Positions 10,806-20,218 of a DNA stretch of 62,216 nt are shown here, one piece after another. Position numbers and translations under genes: made by a program. Position 1 is the stretch's first letter. Every line of letters starts with the position of its first letter. The stretch is from contig CAKJXZ020000058.1 of NCBI GenBank assembly GCA_918234285.1, positions 1-62,216 of the forward strand. Reading direction: 5' to 3'. The notes below the pieces were generated by a model. The model did not search any database. It saw only the letters and a program-made list of their open reading frames with translations, and was not told the DNA's origin. This DNA is from Pseudomonadota bacterium (lineage in GTDB: Bacteria; Pseudomonadota; Alphaproteobacteria; RF32; CAG-239).

Positions 10806-12458
10806 TTTTCGGTTAGACTTAGGTTTCAGCGGAATCTTAATTTTGAATTCGGACCCTTTGCCGATTTTACTTTTTACGCTGATTGTTCCTTCGGCTTTAA
10901 CCACCAGACTGTTGACAATGGCCAGTCCCAAGCCGGAACTTCTGCCGTTGGCGGAATAAAACGGTTCAAAAATCCGTTGAAGTTTACTTGCTTCGATGCC
11001 TACACCGGTATCGCTGACCGTAATCACCGCCTGACCGTTTTGTTTGCGTCCGACTATTTTCAAAACACCACCGTCTTTCATCGCTTTCAGAGCGTTTTGT
11101 GCCAAATTCAAGAGCATCATTTTGAAATCGGCTTCATTCCCGACAAAAGTTAAATTATCATCAACTTCATAAATGCATTCAATACCTCTGCGTTTAGCTT
11201 CGTAATCAACCATAAATATTATGTCTTTAACTGCCATTTCAACGTCTATCGGGCTTGCTTCTTTATCGGAATATTGTGCCAATTTCAACAATCTCTCCGG
11301 TATTTGCATGGCTTCTTTCAGTTGTTTGTTAGCCATTTCCAGGTAATTCAGATATTCCTTGTTAACTGAAGTTCGCAATTCGCCGTCGCTCAGAATGCCC
11401 TCCAAAATTAAGCAAATTGCCCCTAAATTATTTTTCATTTCATGTGCCAACGAGGTAGAAAGAAAGGCCAACGACGATACTTTTTGTTGATGCGAATAAC
11501 GTATGTCGGAACTTAAGTCGTGAATAGCTTCAATCACATAATATTCGTTTTCTTTTGAGCCGAAATTTAATTTGGCGGCATTAACATACAACGGAACTTT
11601 ATCTACCTCGTGAATGGCGTGAAACTCGTTTTTATTCTCTTTTATATATTTTATCGGACAATTGTAATGGCTCTGCGGACATACTTCGCATTTATAGCCA
11701 TATGCGGCATGACACTTTTGGCCGATACACGAAGATTTGAGATGAAGTTGTTTATAAAATGCCGCATTAGCCATAACCACGTTATAATCCAAATCTATCA
11801 CGCGAATACCGTCAGGAATAGCATCGATAAGCTGTTGCAAAAAGCGCTCACGCATTTGAGTTTGTGCAATATTATCTTCGATACTGTCCAGCATTTGATT
11901 GAACGTTTTATATAAAATATCGAATTCGTCCTGCAACAGTTTGTTTTTACCCAGCGGCAGACGACTGGAGAAAACACCCGAAGATACATCGTTACTTATA
12001 TCGATAAGCCTGGTTAAAGGATGTATTACCCAGCGGTCTAAAAATATTACCAAAAGCAAAATCAGCAACAATACCACAAACAGACCTATTAACACAATCT
12101 TGGCACCGACAATAATCGCCTCCTGGTTACTGTTATAATTCTTATGCAGTTCTTCATTAAGTTTTTGCTCATTGGTTAACTCGCGCTGAATTACATCAAT
12201 TTTTTCGCCACTGACATCGTAATATTTATTTTCCAGCAGTTGGGGATTTTGGCGGGCGATTTCCGAAACAATGCTTTGCAACTGAATATTATCTATCAGC
12301 AAATCTACCACATACTGGTTGCGCAAATATACGGAATTGCGACTATCCTGCATTTTTTGGCTGTAGAAATTTATGAAAATCGCAAAAAAGACAACAACCA
12401 ACAAAATGGTGAAAATAAACAAACTGTAAAGTATCTTTTTATTTAAGCTGATAAACAT
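10800..12458 (-). CDS. HAMP-PAS sensor histidine kinase
   Basis: Two TM helices, HAMP, PAS (LIDAIPDGIRVID), H-box SLAHEMKNNL, N-box NALKA, DTGVGI, FEPFY, GLGL; no adjacent response regulator. Confidence 0.92.
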   Translation of the reverse strand: MFISLNKKILYSLFIFTILLVVVFFAIFINFYSQKMQDSRNSVYLRNQYVVDLLIDNIQLQSIVSEIARQNPQLLENKYYDVSGEKIDVIQRELTNEQKLNEELHKNYNSNQEAIIVGAKIVLIGLFVVLLLILLLVIFLDRWVIHPLTRLIDISNDVSSGVFSSRLPLGKNKLLQDEFDILYKTFNQMLDSIEDNIAQTQMRERFLQQLIDAIPDGIRVIDLDYNVVMANAAFYKQLHLKSSCIGQKCHAAYGYKCEVCPQSHYNCPIKYIKENKNEFHAIHEVDKVPLYVNAAKLNFGSKENEYYVIEAIHDLSSDIRYSHQQKVSSLAFLSTSLAHEMKNNLGAICLILEGILSDGELRTSVNKEYLNYLEMANKQLKEAMQIPERLLKLAQYSDKEASPIDVEMAVKDIIFMVDYEAKRRGIECIYEVDDNLTFVGNEADFKMMLLNLAQNALKAMKDGGVLKIVGRKQNGQAVITVSDTGVGIEASKLQRIFEPFYSANGRSSGLGLAIVNSLVVKAEGTISVKSKIGKGSEFKIKIPLKPKSNRKS

Positions 12459-12469
12459 AGCGGTTATCC

Positions 12470-13378
12470 TTATTTTTGTGTTTGCTCGGCAACGTAATCA
12501 ACCAGTTGCGGATATTGATCGGTGTGTGCGAGTTTATAAAATGAAAGGGTATAATCAATCATTCCGCCGATATTTTGCAAATTGCTGTCGTGCATCATCT
12601 GTGCCGCCACATTCACTCCGTTGGGAGCCTGTTTCATCCGGCGCTGATATAGACGCGTGTGACGGAAATAATCATAGTCAATACTGGAATTGATGTGTAA
12701 GGCTCGAGCTCTGATACTGTCTTCAAGGTTAGAAAATACCTTATAACGATAGTCAGAATCGGGATCATCCTTAGGCTTCACTCCCTGGTTGGTGTACCAC
12801 ACTTCCTCACGATATAAAGAATTTTCCTCCATTGCCAGACGCGAAGTTCCCCAGTTTGAATAAATGATTGCCGTGGAAATCATAATTGAAGCCGGTATAA
12901 CATCCACTTTTTCAATAAGTTGTTTGAGTAAAACTCTGGCACGGCCCGGCTGTTCTTTAATGGTGGTAAATGCGTCGTATTTCTCGGCCGTTGTATCAAC
13001 TGCGGCACATTCCGCTTCGGTTAATGAACCGGTTTCTCTTATCTTGGTATATATGCGCATAAGCTCGTGCCGCTCGGCTGTTATTTCTTCATTTACTTTC
13101 AGCACCAGCGGCAACAATATACGGATAAATGTCCGGTTTTTGGTGGCATTTTCCGGTGAACTGCTCCAATCATACGGCAGATGTTGAAAATAAATCCGCG
13201 GCACTTTGGCACCGGCCTTGGTATAATCGTACGGATGTTGCCGGAAAAACATTTTTGCCTCGTCGGCCGAAGATTTTTTCACAATAAGAGCTCCGCCGTC
13301 TTCTTCCGTAATCATCTCGGCAAAGGCGGAAGTGGCGGCAAAAATCAAACAAAACAGAAATATTATGTAGCGCATCAT
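12470..13378 (-). CDS. Secreted Bax/GH73 glucosaminidase-like protein, catalytic Glu apparently lost
   Basis: Signal peptide; KNRTFIRILLPLVLKVNEEI and VDVIPASIMISTAIIYSNWGTSRLAMEENSLY match the Bax-family pattern. Confidence 0.75.
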   Translation of the reverse strand: MMRYIIFLFCLIFAATSAFAEMITEEDGGALIVKKSSADEAKMFFRQHPYDYTKAGAKVPRIYFQHLPYDWSSSPENATKNRTFIRILLPLVLKVNEEITAERHELMRIYTKIRETGSLTEAECAAVDTTAEKYDAFTTIKEQPGRARVLLKQLIEKVDVIPASIMISTAIIYSNWGTSRLAMEENSLYREEVWYTNQGVKPKDDPDSDYRYKVFSNLEDSIRARALHINSSIDYDYFRHTRLYQRRMKQAPNGVNVAAQMMHDSNLQNIGGMIDYTLSFYKLAHTDQYPQLVDYVAEQTQK

Positions 13379-13909
13379 TTATTTTATCTCCTTTTGCTTA
13401 ATCTCTTTGATTTGCGGCATATAGCGCAAAAAAGTCCGCATAATCACATTCTGTAAGGTATTGGCCGCATAAGGACAACCGGCACAATGTCCGGTAAAAG
13501 ATAATTCCATAATTCCGTCTTTGATGTGGTGAATAACAATATCGCCGTTGTCGCGGTTAAGAGTCGGCCGAATCAGAGCATCAGCCAGCGCCTCGGCACA
13601 TTCTGTTTCGGTTTGCACGGATAAATTACCCGCCAGAGCATAGGGCGCGGCAAAATAATCATCAATTTCTGCCATAGCCAGCATTTTCAAGTCTTCGACC
13701 GCAACCGCGGCGCTGTGGCGAATTGAAATAAAATCCGGCGAAATCAGCAAACGTTCGGCTCCTTCAAGTTCCATAAGATTGCTGCTCAAGCTTGTGTTCA
13801 GAATATCTGCGGAGTTATTGAGGCACAACAATCCCTCAATTTTCACCTTTTCTGCCGGATAAAAATTGATAATACGAGTTTTTTCAAGCGTTTCCAATTT
13901 AATTTGCAT
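13379..13909 (-). CDS. NifU/Nfu-type Fe-S carrier
   Basis: IRPTLNRDNGDI...GHCAGCP...TLQNVI NifU C-terminal motif preceded by an Nfu_N-like domain. Confidence 0.85.
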   Translation of the reverse strand: MQIKLETLEKTRIINFYPAEKVKIEGLLCLNNSADILNTSLSSNLMELEGAERLLISPDFISIRHSAAVAVEDLKMLAMAEIDDYFAAPYALAGNLSVQTETECAEALADALIRPTLNRDNGDIVIHHIKDGIMELSFTGHCAGCPYAANTLQNVIMRTFLRYMPQIKEIKQKEIK

Positions 13910-14972
13910 GATTTTCCTTCAATAACTTATTGCGAATCTGCTCGCCGGCAATCATCGCCCGTTGCAGATAAAAATTCTGCATTATCAGATGATTCGGCAC
14001 CGATAAACTTTCCGTTGCCCCGTTGCGCACGATAAACGGCTGAAGTTCGGCCGCTTTTTTCAACGAATTGCTCAGATATGTCCATTCGGTGTACAGATTA
14101 TGTTCCAAAATCACGTCTTTGAAATCAAAACCGAGCGTATCGGTAATTTGCCACAATGCAAAAGCATAGCCTTTGCCGTAATAAAACAAGTCGTCGGCCG
14201 AAGTATCCACCCAAAACGCCGCATGCTCTCTTTGGTGAGCTTCGTTGCGGTTTATAATTTTCAGCAGGTTTTTATTGATTTGTCGCAACAAAATATCCAA
14301 ATCATCCGGATTTGGCAGAAAAACTCCGTCTTTGGTAAACTTTTGCAACTCTTTGGCCGCCTTGCGATATTGGGCATTGGAAGACGGAGCCAAATTAAAA
14401 TTTCCCCGATGCGACATCAGCCACACATCTGGCGGATAACTCAGCAATTTGTAGGCCGACTTTATATCTTCTTTCTGTGCGTCCGTGTTCTGTTCAAAAT
14501 GCCGGATTGCCGGTATCATCGCTTTAACTCCGGAAACAATACCGATTTGAAAATTAGGCATATTATCCAACACCGATGCCGGAAATACAAACGGCAAATT
14601 CGGTGTCCACATTTTATCATCAACTTCGCGTTTGAGTAAAAACGACATTCCGTCGGTTGTTTCAAACATCGGCAAGTGTTTATCCGGCAGTTTGTATTTG
14701 GTGGCAACGTCAATGTTCTCGGCAATTATACTGCCGAAAAAATAATAAAAAAATAAAAACGACGGCAGAAAAACGGTAATAAATTTCCAATGGTTCATCA
14801 CCTTAAAGACCATTTTTTTAACTTTGCGCAGATGCGGGCGAATTTTACGAATATATTGCCGCGCCGCATTCCATATTTTACGCAAATCCGTATTGCGAAT
14901 GTTTTGCAGTAATTCAGCAACCTTCTGGCGGATTTTAAGATATGTCATCTTTTGCCGTTTGGTTTCAGCCAT
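13899..14972 (-). CDS. DUF2333 family protein
   Basis: WTPNLP, LDNMPNFQIG, LSYPPDVW, ADDLFYYGKGYA, NHLIMQNFYL motifs; one TM helix. Confidence 0.7.
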   Translation of the reverse strand: MAETKRQKMTYLKIRQKVAELLQNIRNTDLRKIWNAARQYIRKIRPHLRKVKKMVFKVMNHWKFITVFLPSFLFFYYFFGSIIAENIDVATKYKLPDKHLPMFETTDGMSFLLKREVDDKMWTPNLPFVFPASVLDNMPNFQIGIVSGVKAMIPAIRHFEQNTDAQKEDIKSAYKLLSYPPDVWLMSHRGNFNLAPSSNAQYRKAAKELQKFTKDGVFLPNPDDLDILLRQINKNLLKIINRNEAHQREHAAFWVDTSADDLFYYGKGYAFALWQITDTLGFDFKDVILEHNLYTEWTYLSNSLKKAAELQPFIVRNGATESLSVPNHLIMQNFYLQRAMIAGEQIRNKLLKENHAN

Positions 14973-16536
14973 GTTTTCTCCTTGCCATATTTATAATTTG
15001 CTTAAGGTCTATGATATGCAATATTTTAGCCATTATCATAAAAATTGCAAGTGCTATTATTCCGGCGGCGGCCAATACGCAAAACGTATACAAATTGCTG
15101 AAAAGGTACTGCGGAAAATAAAATTGTACGGCTTGCATAAACAGATGGACCACGCCACCCATAATCAGCGAGGCGACTACAATCTTTGCTATTTTCAGCA
15201 ACAAGGCTTTTTTAAATTGCCAGTAACCGCGTTTTTTGAGACCGACCAGATATTGTCCGAGCGAAACAAAGGCGGCGATGGTGGTAGCCATGGCAATTCC
15301 GACGTGTCCGAACCATTGCATTAATATAATGTTGAAAACAAAATTGGTAACAAAAACCCAAAAACTGTATTTAACCGGTGTCACCGTGTCGCCGCGGGCA
15401 AAAAAGTTCGGCATCAGCGCCTTGGTCATAACGTAGCAAGGCAAACCCACGGAATAAGCTATAACCGCATATACGGTCTGGATGGCATCGTGTATCGAAA
15501 ATTGTCCGTGTCTGAATAAAAACATAACAATCGGTGCGGCCAACACAATCAACAACACCGCCGCCGGAAACGACAGCAACATTCCGTATTCCACCGCCTG
15601 ATCTTGCGTATTGCGCGCATTATCGATATCGCCGGCCTTCAGATATTTAGAAAGAATCGGCAACAAGGCCACACTGATCGCCGCACCGACCACCCCGAGC
15701 GGCAACTGTTGCAACCGGTTGGCATAATAAAGCCACGAAATGGCACCGGTTCCGGCCAGCGACACCAAAATGGTATCGACCGCCATATTGATTTGATAAA
15801 TTCCGGCCCCGACAACACCCGGCGCAATGCGTTTGAATAATGTTTTTATTTCCGGATTACGCATAATTTTAGCCAAGTGTAAATACGGGTGCAACGCAAC
15901 ACCGATGTGGCGCAGGTTGAAATAAAGCCACAGCATTTCAAACACACCGGCAAGCGTAATACCGAGTGCGAATCCGTGCGCAGCCGTCGGCATAAACGGC
16001 ACCAATACAAAAGCCGATAATATCATGGTTATGTTCAAAATAACCGGTGCCACCGCGGGCGCCGCAAATTTTTCAAAAGAATTGAGTATTCCGCCCTGAA
16101 ACGAAACAATCGAAATCAACAGTAAAAACGGAAAAGTAATGCGGCAAAGCTGTACCGCCAGTTCAATTTTGCCGGCATCGTTATGAAAACCCGGCGCCAA
16201 AACCGTTACCACATACGGCATCAAAAGCTCAAATAAAATAACCAGCAGACCGACAATCACCGTCAGAATCATCATAGCCTGAGCGGCAAAAAATACCGCC
16301 CGTTTTTTGCCTTCGCCCACCAATTTTTGCGAAAACAGCGGCACAAACGCACTGGTAAATGCTCCTTCGGCAAACAAACTGCGGAACAAATTCGGCAATT
16401 TGAACGCCACCACAAAAGCATCTGCCATGGCGCTCGCACCCATAAAATAAGCTAAAACCATATCCCGTACAAAGCCGGTCACACGGCTGATAAGCGTAAA
16501 ACCGCCGAAAGTTGCAATCGATTTGAATAAAGACAT
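14965..16536 (-). CDS. murJ: Lipid II flippase MurJ
   Basis: SRVTGFVRD, AFKLPNLFRSLFAEGAF, YYANRLQQLPLG, FFARGDTVTP. Confidence 0.97.
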   Translation of the reverse strand: MSLFKSIATFGGFTLISRVTGFVRDMVLAYFMGASAMADAFVVAFKLPNLFRSLFAEGAFTSAFVPLFSQKLVGEGKKRAVFFAAQAMMILTVIVGLLVILFELLMPYVVTVLAPGFHNDAGKIELAVQLCRITFPFLLLISIVSFQGGILNSFEKFAAPAVAPVILNITMILSAFVLVPFMPTAAHGFALGITLAGVFEMLWLYFNLRHIGVALHPYLHLAKIMRNPEIKTLFKRIAPGVVGAGIYQINMAVDTILVSLAGTGAISWLYYANRLQQLPLGVVGAAISVALLPILSKYLKAGDIDNARNTQDQAVEYGMLLSFPAAVLLIVLAAPIVMFLFRHGQFSIHDAIQTVYAVIAYSVGLPCYVMTKALMPNFFARGDTVTPVKYSFWVFVTNFVFNIILMQWFGHVGIAMATTIAAFVSLGQYLVGLKKRGYWQFKKALLLKIAKIVVASLIMGGVVHLFMQAVQFYFPQYLFSNLYTFCVLAAAGIIALAIFMIMAKILHIIDLKQIINMARRKHG

Positions 16537-16634
16537 AACGTACCTCTCGTTCCAGAATTTAGTTTATTTTAGCCGGTGTTGGTAACAAAAAGGTTACTTT
16601 TATCACAAATTATGCAATTTTTTTCGAATTTGTC

Positions 16635-16663
16635 TTGACAAAATATTTTTTATATGTTAAAGT
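16635..16663 (+). promoter_or_regulatory. sigma70-type promoter of the 16721 ORF
   Basis: TTGACA-17 nt-TAAAGT with extended -10 TG. Confidence 0.6.
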
Positions 16664-16720
16664 TAGACAAAAGGGTGAAAAGATTCGCTCAATGTTGGCT
16701 TATGTATTAGGATTAGAGAG

Positions 16721-17119
16721 ATGAAAAGAAAGGTAGACGAATTCTCCATTGGCGGAGCTAAGATGCTGGAAATGAACACTTCAGAAGCTGTTCGTGAGCA
16801 TTCCGGCGCGTCAAGAGAAGCGTTGGAAAGTGACTTTAAGTTGCCGTTGACACCGATGAAAGATTATGCACAAGCGGTTGAAAAATATTCCGGTGCAAGT
16901 TTGGATGCGTTCAAAAATATTTTCAATCAACCGATGGGGCCGATGCAGGAAGCGGTAAATGTTCCTTCTTTGCAGAATCCGTTGGTTGAAGCCATTGAAA
17001 AAGGCTTTAATAATCCGCTTATCGTTAACGGCCAGAGCGAAGCCAAGGTCTTGGATAATGCTAAAGTGGTCAAATTGGAACCGCTGAAAATTACCAAAGA
17101 CCGTGTTCGTTCCGCATAA
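16721..17119 (+). CDS. Hypothetical protein with an internal ~28-aa repeat
   Basis: Own promoter and terminator; EAVREHSGASREALESDFKLPLTPM / QAVEKYSGASLDAFKNIFNQPMGPM. Confidence 0.65.
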   Translation: MKRKVDEFSIGGAKMLEMNTSEAVREHSGASREALESDFKLPLTPMKDYAQAVEKYSGASLDAFKNIFNQPMGPMQEAVNVPSLQNPLVEAIEKGFNNPLIVNGQSEAKVLDNAKVVKLEPLKITKDRVRSA

Positions 17120-17137
17120 ATGTATAAAATTCAATTC

Positions 17138-17163
17138 AGGTCCGCTTCGGCGGGCTTTTTTTT
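17138..17163 (+). terminator. Intrinsic terminator
   Basis: AGGTCCGC-TTCG-GCGGGCTT followed by a T-tract. Confidence 0.85.
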
Positions 17164-17328
17164 ATGATTTATTTTGCAGATTCCGCTTGCATTTCAAAAA
17201 TTTATATGTTAGTAGAGTCATCGAAAAACGAATCGCTTTTATGTATGAGCCGCAAGGCAACCGTAGTAAAAGCACTGTATTAATCCGCTTTGCCCAGCAA
17301 AGCATAGAGAAAATGAAAGGAACATCCC

Positions 17329-17787
17329 ATGAGACATGGTGACGCACATAAAAAATTCAGTATGCCGAAAAGCCAAAGAAGAGCTTTGTTCTCCAATTTG
17401 ACCGGTGCATTGTTGACACACGAACAAATCACAATCACGTTGACTCGTGCAAAAGAACTCAGAACTTTTGCCGACAAGATGATTACCTTTGCGAAAAAGG
17501 GCGACCTCAACAGCCGTCGTTTGGCTGCCGGTTTCTTGCGCAACGATGAAGTTGTTTCCAAACTTTTCTCTACTTTGGCCGAACGTTATAAGGAACGCAA
17601 CGGCGGTTATACCCGCGTGTTGAAGTCCGGTTTCCGTTACGGTGACTGCGCTCCGATGGCAATCATTGAGTTGGTTGACCGCGATGTTAACGCCAAAGGT
17701 GCTAAAGATTTGGCTCGCGTAGCTGCGGAAAAAGCCGCTGCCGCCGAAGCTGAAAAAGCAGAGAGCGAAGTTGCGGAAAGCAAATAG
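17329..17787 (+). CDS. rplQ: 50S ribosomal protein L17
   Basis: MRHG...[15 protein letters not shown]...[27 protein letters not shown]. Confidence 0.98.
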   Translation: MRHGDAHKKFSMPKSQRRALFSNLTGALLTHEQITITLTRAKELRTFADKMITFAKKGDLNSRRLAAGFLRNDEVVSKLFSTLAERYKERNGGYTRVLKSGFRYGDCAPMAIIELVDRDVNAKGAKDLARVAAEKAAAAEAEKAESEVAESK

Positions 17788-17806
17788 TTTTCTAAACTGA
17801 TTTATG

Positions 17807-17839
17807 AAAAACGCCGTTTGACTTGAACGGCGTTTTTTT
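17807..17839. terminator. Bidirectional intrinsic terminator
   Basis: AAAAACGCCGTT-TGACTTG-AACGGCGTTTTTT between convergent genes. Confidence 0.85.
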
Positions 17840-17866
17840 GTTGTGAATGTTGCAACGTAAGCAAAC

Positions 17867-18202
17867 CTAATAACATCTGTCATTAAGTTTGGAATACCAC
17901 GTACTACCTGCTCCGTAACAATTTCTTTCTTTGGTTTGTTGCTGCGAACTGCTATCGGAAACATAGGCATTATAATACATATACCCGTGAAAAAACAAAC
18001 CGCCGATTAATACCACTATACAAAGATTCATACATATTTCTATGTAATCGGCAGCCAAATAAAGAATAGCTACCAAAACAAAAAAATTAACGCGGTTAAA
18101 CACGATGGCATCATATAAATTATTGCGGTCGTGATACAAATTACCCACATAAAACACTATCAATGCGGCCAAAAGCAGGCCTCTGATTATTTTTTCAACC
18201 AT
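17867..18202 (-). CDS. Small hypothetical membrane protein
   Basis: 111 aa, three hydrophobic segments, C-terminal Cys pair, AGGAG RBS. Confidence 0.65.
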   Translation of the reverse strand: MVEKIIRGLLLAALIVFYVGNLYHDRNNLYDAIVFNRVNFFVLVAILYLAADYIEICMNLCIVVLIGGLFFHGYMYYNAYVSDSSSQQQTKERNCYGAGSTWYSKLNDRCY

Positions 18203-18336
18203 TTTAATCTCCTTTACCTCTTTATGATAAAGCAGAATTAATTAAAAAAACAATAAAAAACTTTATTTTTCGAATTACCATCGGCTTATGACTATTATTT
18301 TATCGCTATTTTTAAGATAGTCCGTTGGAACTTATA

Positions 18337-18632
18337 TTCGTCCCCCTATCGCCAATAAAAAAACTCCCCGCAAGAGGGAGTTTTCTTATTGGTGGTCAGA
18401 GAGGGGATCGTCTTGCGGCGCCTTCGGCTTGTTTCGGTCACTCGGTTGCAATTTGTTCGCTGCGCTTCGCTTTCGCTTGCTTGCTTACAAGCAACCTTCG
18501 CCTCTTGCGCTTAAAAAATGCCATTAAGGGCATTTTTTCATGCGCGAGCCCCCTCCACGTCGTGTCGGATGGTTCGTCCCCCTATCACCAATAAAAAAAC
18601 TCCCTGCAAGAGGGAGTTTTCTTATTGGTGGT
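18337..18632. repeat. tRNA-associated 236-bp repeat, copy 1 (plus a partial unit)
   Basis: Exact 21-nt copy of the tRNA-Phe 3' end at 18390-18410, palindrome GCGCTTAAAAAATGCC-ATTAA-GGGCATTTTTTCATGCGC and terminator hairpins; closely similar to 22144-22379. Confidence 0.92.
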
Positions 18633-18833
18633 GTAGTTTGGCAAGTTTAAACTCAAAACATACCAACTACAAATTTTTGTTTTATTTCAATTTATTATAA
18701 TGAAAAACTAAGCATTTATGTGGTAAAATTCTGCTATTTTTGAATTTAAAAAATTTTTAAAAGTGTTCAAAAGCCAGTGAATATATGGCTTCTCGATAAT
18801 TTCATGAAAAATCCAAGAAATGAAAAAAAGTGG

Positions 18834-18862
18834 TTGATTTAAGCGTTGGTTTATGTTATATT
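18834..18862 (+). promoter_or_regulatory. sigma70-type promoter of the 18899 ORF
   Basis: TTGATT-17 nt-TATATT with TG extension. Confidence 0.5.
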
Positions 18863-18898
18863 TAGACAAATGACAAAAATAAATATGGGAGATATAAT

Positions 18899-19894
18899 AT
18901 GGATTTTACTTTTTTAACAGAAGATCAGATATGGGGTAGAGATGCTCTGGATGTTATAAGCCGTTATGGCACGAAGGTTGAGCCGACTGATTTGGCAGTC
19001 CTGTTGGGTGGTAGTGTCATGTTGAGTGATAATGTTCCTTCTTGTCCTTCTTGGTCTGCGTCTTTGGATGGTCATGGGATTGTGCGTTGCGTTGACTCTG
19101 AAGGAAATAGGGGATGGGGCGGCTCGGATGAACGTAGAATTGCTGCTCGCCCCGCTTTATCTCAATCTGAGTTCTTCCGTAAAATCAAATGGGATTCAGA
19201 TAAAACTTATCGAGATTCCAACGAGTATTATGTGACAATATATGCATATGGGGAATATCCGCAAACGGTCGCCGACTATAACACTAGGGAAAAATTAGAA
19301 AGAATGTATGCGGCAAAATCTCTCCGTCCGACCGGAAAACAATATACATTTGATTCGGTTGATATAGACGATCACAATACACCGTTAAAGGCCGTATCTT
19401 ATAAGGAATACAGAATGGGTGATGAAAGGTATATTCGCATTCCCGGACGTCCTGCGGATAAGTATTGCAAGTTATCTACCGACGAACAGGTAGAGGCAGG
19501 GAAAACTTATTGGGTTAAAGTTGAACCTATTGAATGGATGATGGATAGAAGCGGCATAATGGTCGCCAAGAAATGTTTATTCGCCGGTATTCAATTTGAC
19601 ACAGATAAAGATTATGACGGGGATTTTTCCAAATCGTTCATGAAGCATTATTTGGATACTTATTTTGCCAAGGAAATGGAACCGATTGAGCGTATGGCAA
19701 GCAGAGAAGCGAGTAAAAATATTGAAAATTCTGATATGATTACTTCCAAAATGTCACTGTTGCGCGCTGTTGTAGCACCGAATATTTCTGATAATGAAGT
19801 TACTCGGAAAATGCCGAAAGAAGAAAAAAGAAAACGATTAGATGCAGCAATCAAAGCACTGCAAAGTGTGAAAGTGAAAGATATTACTGATTAA
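18899..19894 (+). CDS. Cargo protein with DUF6273-like motifs in permuted order
   Basis: 331 aa; SWSAS...V...G...AARPAL near the N-terminus; YGEYPQT and VKVEPIEW...KKCLFAGIQFD later; GGAG RBS. Confidence 0.6.
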   Translation: MDFTFLTEDQIWGRDALDVISRYGTKVEPTDLAVLLGGSVMLSDNVPSCPSWSASLDGHGIVRCVDSEGNRGWGGSDERRIAARPALSQSEFFRKIKWDSDKTYRDSNEYYVTIYAYGEYPQTVADYNTREKLERMYAAKSLRPTGKQYTFDSVDIDDHNTPLKAVSYKEYRMGDERYIRIPGRPADKYCKLSTDEQVEAGKTYWVKVEPIEWMMDRSGIMVAKKCLFAGIQFDTDKDYDGDFSKSFMKHYLDTYFAKEMEPIERMASREASKNIENSDMITSKMSLLRAVVAPNISDNEVTRKMPKEEKRKRLDAAIKALQSVKVKDITD

Positions 19895-19917
19895 TCAACT
19901 TATTTCACTTTAAAATA

Positions 19918-19946
19918 AAAAAACGGGGATAAACCCCGTCTTTTTT
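19918..19946 (+). terminator. Intrinsic terminator after the 18899 ORF
   Basis: ACGGGG-ATAAA-CCCCGT followed by a T-tract. Confidence 0.8.
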
Positions 19947-19953
19947 ATTTTAA

Positions 19954-20195
19954 TGGTGGAGATAATCGGGATCGTTCTTGCAACACTTCCGTGTTGCTTC
20001 GGTCACTCGGTTGCGATTTGTTCGCTTTGCTTCGCTTGCGCTTGCTTGCTCACAAGCAACCTTCGCCTCTTGCGCTTAAAAAATGCCATTAAGGGCATTT
20101 TTTCATGCGCGAGCCCCCTCCACGTCGTGTCGGATGGTTCGTTCCCCTGCCACCAATAAAAAAACTCTCCATAAGGGAGAGTTTTTTTATTGGTG
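19954..20195. repeat. tRNA-associated repeat, copy 2 (carries a tRNA-Ala-type 3' end)
   Basis: Same core as copy 1; 19954-19974 read on minus is CGATCCCGATTATCTCCACCA (U70/A73, Ala-like). Confidence 0.88.
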
Positions 20196-20218
20196 AAGCT
20201 TTGTAAGCGGTTTATAAA

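Noticed and set aside
17239-17970. 243-aa minus-strand ORF
   Set aside because: Antisense to rplQ
19050-19160. Complete diversity-generating retroelement
   Set aside because: No template repeat, RT or avd in the window; only the target-like motif is present
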